Shown here one piece after another: positions 35,431-42,027 of a stretch of 42,027 nucleotides of DNA; position 1 is the stretch's first letter; each line of letters begins with the position of its first letter. The notes under the pieces were generated by a model, which was not told where the DNA came from, ran no database searches, and saw nothing but the letters and a program-made list of their open reading frames with translations. The translations under genes were made by a program, and so were the position numbers. The stretch comes from a virus. Its lineage: Duplodnaviria > Caudoviricetes. The DNA is taken from positions 1 through 42,027 of IMG/VR virus record IMGVR_UViG_3300047491_000179. One strand, 5' to 3'.

Positions 35431-35856
35431 TCAGAACAGCGTCATCTGCTGTATCGTTGGTTTTCCCTCCACGATTTCTTGCGCTACGACGGGGTCATAC
35501 TCCTCAATCACTTCTCCCGTCCGCTCCTGCCACCACTCCGCGAAATACCGCCTGTGGCACGTTTTGCCTTCCTTGATGTTCTCGAAGCACAATAATACCA
35601 AATCTTTGCCGTCGTTGCGTTTGCTGACCACATTTAAATACCGCTTGATTTTATCTACACCATACATGTCTAACTTAGCCCAATACTTCGCCTTGAAGTT
35701 ATCATTCCACGGTATACCCCACGGCGCCAGCATACCGCATGACTCCGTCACCGCAAAACCCGTAGGAAATTTTGGCTTGTACATCGATATTTGTACCTTG
35801 ACCGCGTCAAAATTCTTCAACTCTTTGCACGTGAACCGACTGGTAAATATCTTCAT
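35431..35856 (-). CDS. DUF488-family protein
   Basis: MKIFTSRF, LAP, LVLLCFE...CHRRYFAEW; probably a leaderless start at 35856. Confidence 0.8.
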   Translation of the reverse strand: MKIFTSRFTCKELKNFDAVKVQISMYKPKFPTGFAVTESCGMLAPWGIPWNDNFKAKYWAKLDMYGVDKIKRYLNVVSKRNDGKDLVLLCFENIKEGKTCHRRYFAEWWQERTGEVIEEYDPVVAQEIVEGKPTIQQMTLF

Positions 35857-35862
35857 ACTCAC

Positions 35863-35891
35863 ATGATACATCTTTCTGCATATAAATGCAA
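35863..35891 (-). promoter_or_regulatory. Promoter for the modification/packaging operon (predicted leaderless transcript)
   Basis: TTGCAT-17-TATCAT, 6 nt before the ATG. Confidence 0.6.
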
Positions 35892-35980
35892 GTAAATTGG
35901 TCTAAACAGCCGCTATTTATGCAAACTACGCCCGTATTCTGGTAATATCGGGCATAATTTGCAATTGCTATATCACTCTA

Positions 35981-36457
35981 TCAATCGCCTTCGTATTTCG
36001 GCGGCTCTGGCAACTCCATCCACTCCAAAATAACCTCCTTTATCCACCCCCATTTATCTTTTTGCTTGTCGTAACGCGACACAACAACGACATCTTGCGG
36101 ACTTGCCTCAAACTTCATGTGAAGCGCGTAAAGCCCGCTCCTCAATGGAGCCTCGGTGATTTTGTGCCAAGTCATGTTCCCTAAACAATAATCCGCTAAC
36201 ACCTTAGTCGATTTCTCGCTATCGCCACGCATAATATTTAATGCCATCTGCGCAGACAACAAATCGACTTTCATTTGTTCGTTTACTTCACGGAGTCTTT
36301 CCAACTCATGTACTATGCTATAGGTCACCCGAATTGGGTCAACACGTGTTACGGTGCCGTCCGCAGACCATGCGCCCAACATAGCGTTTAATATCGCTCC
36401 AACAACAGCAACCTCTTCTTTGCATCTATCCTGATTGCTTCTGCCTATCTCGTCCAT
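35981..36457 (-). CDS. Hypothetical protein with DUF551-like C-terminus
   Basis: Ends VILEWMELPEPP. Confidence 0.65.
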   Translation of the reverse strand: MDEIGRSNQDRCKEEVAVVGAILNAMLGAWSADGTVTRVDPIRVTYSIVHELERLREVNEQMKVDLLSAQMALNIMRGDSEKSTKVLADYCLGNMTWHKITEAPLRSGLYALHMKFEASPQDVVVVSRYDKQKDKWGWIKEVILEWMELPEPPKYEGD

Positions 36458-36470
36458 CTGTCGCTCCTCT

Positions 36471-36507
36471 GCAAATCAAGTTGGCGAAATTCGCCAACTT
36501 GATTTGC
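36471..36507. repeat. Perfect inverted repeat with 18-bp arms
   Basis: gcaaatcaagttggcgaa-a-ttcgccaacttgatttgc. Confidence 0.9.
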
Positions 36508-36522
36508 CTTAGTCATGAATAG

Positions 36523-37203
36523 CTACGCTTTTGCAACACTCACGATGTTTTTATAAGGTTTCCCATTCTGATTCATGCGCGTCGAATTACGCCATTGTAT
36601 CTTGTAATGAACCTTGTACGAGCCCGGTCGCATAAACAGCTCGGGCGACCACGCGTCCGTCGCCAGCAACATCATTACTAGTTGCTCGGGCGTCATCACC
36701 GCAGATATTACAGGATACTGCAAACCGCTCTGGTAGAAGTCCAACCGCGTCTTTTGGTCTGGTCGTGGTTGTACATCCATGCGCTCCACAATCAAAACCC
36801 CAGCCCCATCGTCAACAGGTTCGTATGTCGGCTCAGCCTGTTTCGCTTGTGCTTTGGGCGGCTCGTTAGACTGCTGTGGCGTCTGAGCCCCATTGTCTAC
36901 TTGCTCTGGCTTCGGCGCGGATTGCAACACCTTGTACGGCTTCAGCCCATACTTCGCTTGCGCGGTAGCCATAGTGCGTAATATGCCCTCCAACGCTTCG
37001 AGGGATGTGAACCCGCGATGCGTGACCGTGATTTTCACGTCATGGACACCGCTTTCATCCTCGGACGTTCCCCACAACTCGCAGAACGCTATTCCACCTG
37101 CTTCGGGTAACTGTATCGCGGTTACTAGCTCGTCTGCAGTCGGTCCCTGCTCTTGGGCGTTATCAACCACATACGTTTCTTTCTCAAAACTCTGGTCTGT
37201 CAT
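36523..37203 (-). CDS. Hypothetical two-domain protein, possibly OB-fold/SSB-like at the C-terminus
   Basis: Q/P-rich linker; ends NGKPYKNIVSV. Confidence 0.55.
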   Translation of the reverse strand: MTDQSFEKETYVVDNAQEQGPTADELVTAIQLPEAGGIAFCELWGTSEDESGVHDVKITVTHRGFTSLEALEGILRTMATAQAKYGLKPYKVLQSAPKPEQVDNGAQTPQQSNEPPKAQAKQAEPTYEPVDDGAGVLIVERMDVQPRPDQKTRLDFYQSGLQYPVISAVMTPEQLVMMLLATDAWSPELFMRPGSYKVHYKIQWRNSTRMNQNGKPYKNIVSVAKA

Positions 37204-37373
37204 TTCTCATTTCCTTTTTCTCTCAATACAATCTCACCATTCAGCCACATTTGCAGTAGCTCTCTCACGACACCTGACACGCCTCTGTCTTCTGCTTTTT
37301 CTCGTATCGCTTTCAACATATCTTGTGTCAACCTAATCAAAAAGCTCGCGTCAAAGTACTTCTCCTTGCTCAA
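37200..37373 (-). CDS. 57-aa ribbon-helix-helix (Arc/CopG-like) regulator (not in ORF track)
   Basis: TTG start after AAAGGAGGT; MSKEKYFDASFLIRLTQDMLKAIREKAEDRGVSGVVRELLQMWL. Confidence 0.7.
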   Translation of the reverse strand: MSKEKYFDASFLIRLTQDMLKAIREKAEDRGVSGVVRELLQMWLNGEIVLREKGNEK

Positions 37374-37810
37374 TTCCACCTCCTTTCCTCGAGTATCTTC
37401 AACAATTCGTCATCCAGAACGCACTCAATACCCCCGTACCCGTCCGTCCTGACATATCCGCTCGGTACGCGTACCCATACGTTGCACTCCAAGGAAGCAA
37501 GCAACCGGTATAACTCATTCTTAGCCGTCGTGAGAGCCGCGCCGTCGCTCGCACATTTCTTGATAGCTTCGTTCTTGGCGTTTTCGAGCGCATTGGCGGT
37601 ATCCATAAACTTCGCCAAATCCTCGTCCGCGCTAATCACGGGGCGATAATCACGACGAGCATTCCCAGCCCTATGGCTCTCTTCCTCGGTTTTCTCATAC
37701 GTTTCTTTCGCGTCGCTATACACACGAAACGCGTCCCGCAACATTCCCATGTCCATCGTTGCGAGCACTCTTACATCAAACTCATTGTCTCCATTCACAA
37801 TATCACTCAT
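37370..37810 (-). CDS. Hypothetical coiled-coil protein
   Basis: Start MSDIV after AAGGAG. Confidence 0.6.
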   Translation of the reverse strand: MSDIVNGDNEFDVRVLATMDMGMLRDAFRVYSDAKETYEKTEEESHRAGNARRDYRPVISADEDLAKFMDTANALENAKNEAIKKCASDGAALTTAKNELYRLLASLECNVWVRVPSGYVRTDGYGGIECVLDDELLKILEERRWN

Positions 37811-38051
37811 TTCTATGCTCCTTCGCAAATTCTAATATCTTATCGGCTATCTCAACCAGCTTCTCGTTCGTCACGTAGAACGCAAGCTCTTTTTCTTTCT
37901 TTCCGGTCATCGTTTTGTTCACCACAATACTCATAACGTAAACGTTCCCGCCTACGCTACCAAGCATCACCTCCTTTTCGTAGACTGCACTTTTGCCCGT
38001 TAGTAAATGTACCTGCTTACTGTTCATCAATTTCAATACTTTCCAGCGCAT
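37803..38051 (-). CDS. Hypothetical protein
   Basis: ORF in operon. Confidence 0.55.
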   Translation of the reverse strand: MRWKVLKLMNSKQVHLLTGKSAVYEKEVMLGSVGGNVYVMSIVVNKTMTGKKEKELAFYVTNEKLVEIADKILEFAKEHRNE

Positions 38052-38305
38052 TCAGGCACATAATAAAACTTGCTCAGCATACCCTCGTATTCGCGGATAT
38101 AGTAATACTGATTTGCTTTCAACGCGACCAAATAACTCATCCCTTGGTCATGCGCGCTCCACCTCATGCTGTGATAATCCCGCATATCGCATACGTCCAT
38201 GTCGCGCAACTTTTCGTACTCGTCCATCGTTTCCTTACTCATCCATTCGGGCACTCTCAACACAATGCCGCCCTTGCCGTCACAAACAACGTTATTCTTT
38301 TCCAT
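38033..38305 (-). CDS. Hypothetical protein
   Basis: Start MEKNN after AGGAG. Confidence 0.6.
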   Translation of the reverse strand: MEKNNVVCDGKGGIVLRVPEWMSKETMDEYEKLRDMDVCDMRDYHSMRWSAHDQGMSYLVALKANQYYYIREYEGMLSKFYYVPECAGKY

Positions 38306-38315
38306 TTCTTCTCTC

Positions 38316-38582
38316 CTATGCAAGATAGACATTGACTTCATAACGTCCGCTCTGCATTCTGTACCAACCAAGCACTAACAACGCCTTCGCGCCTGTCACC
38401 GCAATCGTCGTAGAACCGCTTTCACCACAGATAACACCGCTCCACGGCTGGCCGCTCTCGTCCACCGCCGTAATCCCGTTCTGTTTCAGAACATCAAACA
38501 CTTTGTCGAACGGTATAGCCTCGAAATAGGTGTTGTAGGTCAACTTGCCCAACTCTTTGTTCGCTTTGTTTTTCGGTGTCAT
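38316..38582 (-). CDS. Hypothetical early phage protein
   Basis: First gene behind a promoter cassette; WYRMQSGRYEVNVYL. Confidence 0.7.
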   Translation of the reverse strand: MTPKNKANKELGKLTYNTYFEAIPFDKVFDVLKQNGITAVDESGQPWSGVICGESGSTTIAVTGAKALLVLGWYRMQSGRYEVNVYLA

Positions 38583-38612
38583 TTTGTCTCTCCTTTTTTT
38601 CAGTCTGTCTTT

Positions 38613-38642
38613 ATCTTACCACCTACGGTATATACATGTCAA
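38613..38642 (-). promoter_or_regulatory. Early promoter
   Basis: TTGACA-18-TAAGAT with extended TGG. Confidence 0.8.
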
Positions 38643-38663
38643 GTGGACTGGTTATTAAATACA

Positions 38664-38694
38664 GGACGGGTTGGCGAAATTCGCCAACCCGTCC
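38664..38694. repeat. Perfect inverted repeat with 15-bp arms, sharing its core with 36471-36507
   Basis: ggacgggttggcgaa-a-ttcgccaacccgtcc. Confidence 0.9.
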
Positions 38695-38700
38695 CACAAT

Positions 38701-39762
38701 TTATTGCTCTACCAGAACCATTCCGCGACTAACGCGCCCATTGTTTATGTAATGCTCGAGCATATCACCCGCTAGACGCTCCATGTGGTTTGCTCTGCTG
38801 ACTTCGTACCCCTGCGCCATCGAAGTAATCCCATTCAGCACATCAAACAATGCTGGTTTATGCTCGCGCTCATTCCTAGCGCTCTCACCTATTACGGAAT
38901 GCAACCAATTGTCTTTTTCCCCCACGGACAAACCGTACGTACGCGACCAACGCTCAACTATACCCGACAAATTCACCTCCCCGATGTCAATTGCAACGCT
39001 GTCTACAAACGCCTTAATTACCACATCTGCGCTCGCCAACGCTTGCTCAATTGCGGCGGCTACCAGAACAGTCATCGCAGACTTTGGCAAATGACGATGT
39101 ACACCGCTCACCGCCTCTTTGTTCTTGTACCCAAATATCATGCCGTTCTCGCAATAACCCGTAAACACCGCGCTAGAAATACGCCAACGTCGGCTACCCC
39201 GTTCACTATTCCCTATATGCAAAGCTGGGTGTAAAGTACCGCCACTCTTGCCATCGCCACGAGGGTCTTGCCCAACCGCGAATGCTGGGAATAAGACATA
39301 AGCAGACATCTCGTCGCCTACATAACCGCGCTTGACCTTCACGTCGGTGTTCATCGTAGACACAGCCTTCTCAACAAGCTCCAACAGCTCGTGATTGTCG
39401 AATGGGCTGTACTCGTCCGAGAGCACAGCACGTACTGTGCCGCCCTTGCTCCGCACAAACAGGCTCTTTTCCTCGCGCTCTTGAACTAAACGGTTCATAA
39501 TCGTTGCAACAAGGTCAGACGGGCAATTCTCTTCGCGCCACAACCAATCTGCCCTCGGCGCATTGAGCCTTGCGCCAATCTGCGATGCCGCCCAATCATT
39601 CAGCACACCGCTCTCCCATGCACTGCCGAACAGCCCGTTGTTGGTCTGGTAGCTCATCCCTCTCCCACCAACGAACTGTACGTTTTTGCTCGTCGCAATC
39701 GCATCGTGACAATCCTGCGCGTACGCACGAGCCGCGTCCAGCAATTTCTGCAAATCTTCCAT
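38701..39762 (-). CDS. DUF932/DUF945-like protein
   Basis: VRAVLSDEYSPFDN, IGNSERG, YCENGMI, LFDVLNGIT, MERLAG. Confidence 0.75.
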   Translation of the reverse strand: MEDLQKLLDAARAYAQDCHDAIATSKNVQFVGGRGMSYQTNNGLFGSAWESGVLNDWAASQIGARLNAPRADWLWREENCPSDLVATIMNRLVQEREEKSLFVRSKGGTVRAVLSDEYSPFDNHELLELVEKAVSTMNTDVKVKRGYVGDEMSAYVLFPAFAVGQDPRGDGKSGGTLHPALHIGNSERGSRRWRISSAVFTGYCENGMIFGYKNKEAVSGVHRHLPKSAMTVLVAAAIEQALASADVVIKAFVDSVAIDIGEVNLSGIVERWSRTYGLSVGEKDNWLHSVIGESARNEREHKPALFDVLNGITSMAQGYEVSRANHMERLAGDMLEHYINNGRVSRGMVLVEQ

Positions 39763-39847
39763 AGTCTTTACGCTCCTTTCAATATACATGAACAAAACTT
39801 ATCGAACGGCTTTTCACCGCCACAGGCTCCCCCTCGCCTTCGTTCTG

Positions 39848-40471
39848 TTATACATTCAAACCCCAAGTGGCTACGTAATCGAGCAACACATTCTCGATCG
39901 TATCGCCGTCACCGCTGGTGGTTTCGACATTCCATTTCTGCCCGCTATCTTTCGACATGACGGATAATTTCAGGTAGACGCTGTTGCTGTCAAACATCTC
40001 ACGACGCTCGTGCGCAAACATCACGTAGGCTAGACCGTTCGTCGTGTTCAATGTTGCGCGTCCCGCGCCCTTGTTCTCGTCGCCATCCAATATCTCATAC
40101 GTCACGCTAGGGTTCAGCGCGATTGCCCTTGCCATCTTTTCATTCACGCTTGCTTCACGCTCTGCTTTATCGCGAGCCCTCCGCTCAATATCTCTATTCT
40201 GCCCCGCTATCGCCCTCTCGATATCGCCGTCCGATAACAAATTGACGTGTTCTGTACTGCATTTCCCACCGTGCGTACGGCAAGTCGACAAACTGAACCG
40301 GATTTCTGTCTGGTTCTCATCAGCAATTTCTACTACCTTCCCGCCCTCGATTTTCATTTTATACATAGCTACCGCGCTGTTTTTGCAAACCTTCGTGACC
40401 TCGTATACGCGCATCTGGCTCGCCCATAATTTATAAATATAAACTTTTTCGCCTGCTTCGATAGTAGTCAT
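39848..40471 (-). CDS. Hypothetical early protein
   Basis: 207-aa ORF behind a promoter cassette. Confidence 0.7.
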   Translation of the reverse strand: MTTIEAGEKVYIYKLWASQMRVYEVTKVCKNSAVAMYKMKIEGGKVVEIADENQTEIRFSLSTCRTHGGKCSTEHVNLLSDGDIERAIAGQNRDIERRARDKAEREASVNEKMARAIALNPSVTYEILDGDENKGAGRATLNTTNGLAYVMFAHERREMFDSNSVYLKLSVMSKDSGQKWNVETTSGDGDTIENVLLDYVATWGLNV

Positions 40472-40502
40472 TTCGTCGCTCCTTTTTTTTTACTCTGTCA
40501 TC

Positions 40503-40532
40503 ATCTTACCACTTGCGATATATACAAGTCAA
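40503..40532 (-). promoter_or_regulatory. Early promoter
   Basis: TTGACT-18-TAAGAT with extended TGG. Confidence 0.8.
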
Positions 40533-40561
40533 GTAGACGGCTCAACTAGATTTAAACGGCT

Positions 40562-40646
40562 GAACCCCTGTGACAAGCAGGGGTTCTATTAGCCGATTGG
40601 GACAAGCAATCAGCGAAAGGAGCGCAGACTTTTGATAGGGTCTGCA
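40562..40646 (-). other. Three-hairpin structured intergenic element
   Basis: Stems at 40562-40586, 40592-40614 and 40624-40645; two loops read CTTGTCM. Confidence 0.6.
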
Positions 40647-40654
40647 CCTCTATA

Positions 40655-41233
40655 CTAGCACACCTTCTCGGTAATCGCAAGCTCGATTTTATCAATCAAC
40701 CCCAACACTTCCCTCTCTATAAATTCAGGCAAGTGCATCTTGATGCCCAACACTTCCCGCAATTTATTTAACAACGTCGCGACCTCGCTGGCAGCGTTTT
40801 CTTCCTCTGCCTGCAAATAATTTGTTGGCGTAGCATTGTCGTGAAATGCTGTCTCCATAGAGTCCACCGTCGCAGGTCGGTTCAATCTATCGGTCTGCTC
40901 GACAGCCCAATCCAACGCTTCACGCCATTTCTCGCCTAAACTCATAGCTGTTCTGAAATGGTCAAATGTCAGTACCGCATACCGCTCTCGCACTTCGGGC
41001 GGGTAGAACCTGCTGATAGCCGCATACTCACGTACGGTTCTCGACTTCTTGCCAGCAAACGCGCCAACCGCGCTATGGATTTCTTTGGGCAATATATCCG
41101 GTCTTTCATACGCCACGAGTGCAACAATATCGCCAATCCTAAACGAATCCCTTGTGAGACTGTCTCTAAGCGCTATCAGTTCTTCTTGGTACTCGGGTGA
41201 CAAGATGTCGCCGTATCCTACTACTCCGTCCAT
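40655..41233 (-). CDS. Putative HTH DNA-binding protein (LmbU-like)
   Basis: FRIGD...GKKSRTVREYAAISRFYPPEVR...LTFDHF. Confidence 0.55.
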   Translation of the reverse strand: MDGVVGYGDILSPEYQEELIALRDSLTRDSFRIGDIVALVAYERPDILPKEIHSAVGAFAGKKSRTVREYAAISRFYPPEVRERYAVLTFDHFRTAMSLGEKWREALDWAVEQTDRLNRPATVDSMETAFHDNATPTNYLQAEEENAASEVATLLNKLREVLGIKMHLPEFIEREVLGLIDKIELAITEKVC

Positions 41234-41448
41234 ACTACTTTACCTTTCTCGACAACCCCTTTGCGGTCGTCGCGCTGAATTATCACGCCGTTCCAGAAAT
41301 GGTCCCGGACACCTTCCATAAACTCGCCATATTTAAAACAACGTCCGAAAAACGCGCTGTAGTCGTCGGTGAGTTTTTTGTAATCTGGTTTCAACCCCAA
41401 TATCTTCACCATGTGCTCTGTACTTCTCCTGTATACGGCTCCTGTCAT
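41221..41448 (-). CDS. Hypothetical protein
   Basis: Coupled ORF (ATGA overlap). Confidence 0.55.
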   Translation of the reverse strand: MTGAVYRRSTEHMVKILGLKPDYKKLTDDYSAFFGRCFKYGEFMEGVRDHFWNGVIIQRDDRKGVVEKGKVVWTE

Positions 41449-41810
41449 TTCGTCTCCTCTGCCTTTTTCACAACAACATGCACACCAATTCTGCTAGCAT
41501 CTTTTATCTGTGTCTTCGTCAGAATCAACCTGACTACTCGCTTGTCGTTCTTAAATATAGAACCCTGTAGCCCATCCAATACACACTTCGACAAGTTGTC
41601 TAAATCCGCAAGGTCACGCTTCACATAAAAATCAAGGTGTACCTCTACAGCCTCGTCGAGCAAATCACCGTCATGGGCTTCCTTAGCCGCGCACCATATC
41701 GCATTCTGCCATTTCTTTACGTTCTTGGTTTGGTAAGAATGTCCAGCCGCGTAACGAAAACTTTGCTTGGCATAAGCCCAACCATGCACAAAGAACTCAA
41801 CCGAATACAT
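41445..41810 (-). CDS. rusA: RusA family Holliday junction resolvase
   Basis: DLDNLSKCVLDGL...NDKRV. Confidence 0.9.
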   Translation of the reverse strand: MYSVEFFVHGWAYAKQSFRYAAGHSYQTKNVKKWQNAIWCAAKEAHDGDLLDEAVEVHLDFYVKRDLADLDNLSKCVLDGLQGSIFKNDKRVVRLILTKTQIKDASRIGVHVVVKKAEETK

Positions 41811-42027
41811 AAATCTCTCCCTTCGATATAAACTCGAGTATGTCGTCGACCTCCTTTTTCAAACATTCCTGTGGTATCCACTTGTCGTCTACGTTGACCG
41901 TGTCAATCCATCTTGCGAGAGCAATCCATTGTGCACCGCTCAACTTCTTTGAACTGCTCACGCCGAAAAGAAATTTTATGACCTCCTTTCTCGCGTCATC
42001 GCTACCAGCCATTCTATTCAGCGTGCC
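41773..42027. repeat. Terminal direct repeat / circular overlap, copy 2 (ORF 41797-42012 duplicates the 3' part of 25-363)
   Basis: Direct sequence identity with the window start. Confidence 0.97.

Noticed and set aside
39796-39847. Possible riboswitch or ribozyme upstream of the DUF932-like gene
   Set aside because: Only 3-4 bp stems and no recognisable conserved core.
68-41831. Numerous plus-strand ORFs in the track
   Set aside because: They are antisense shadows of well-supported minus-strand genes and show no recognisable motifs.

Overview
This window is an apparently complete tailed dsDNA phage genome of siphovirus layout. Positions 1-255 recur at 41773-42027 with one mismatch, giving a circular or terminally redundant unit of about 41,772 bp. 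Every credible gene is on the minus strand. Reading downward from 35.9 kb: a DNA-modification-like cluster (DUF488-like, a tRNA-like cloverleaf, degenerate methylase/GNAT-like fusion, two ParB-N proteins, TAGT/GREB1-like glycosyltransferase); terminases; portal, MuF and prohead protease, each with a cargo domain; capsid, neck and tail genes with a -1 frameshift; lysis genes with a GH25 endolysin; early genes behind repeated sigma70-like promoter cassettes; and a replication module (primase, HNH, initiator with iterons, DnaB, RusA). I found no integrase, reverse transcriptase or CRISPR array. The most striking observations are (1) a non-canonical tRNA-Glu-like RNA between the DUF488-like gene and the methylase/GNAT-like gene, suggesting aminoacyl-tRNA-dependent DNA hypermodification, and (2) a portal protein fused to a kinase-like domain next to a MuF-ADP-ribosyltransferase. 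All family calls come from motif recognition by eye; no searches were run.
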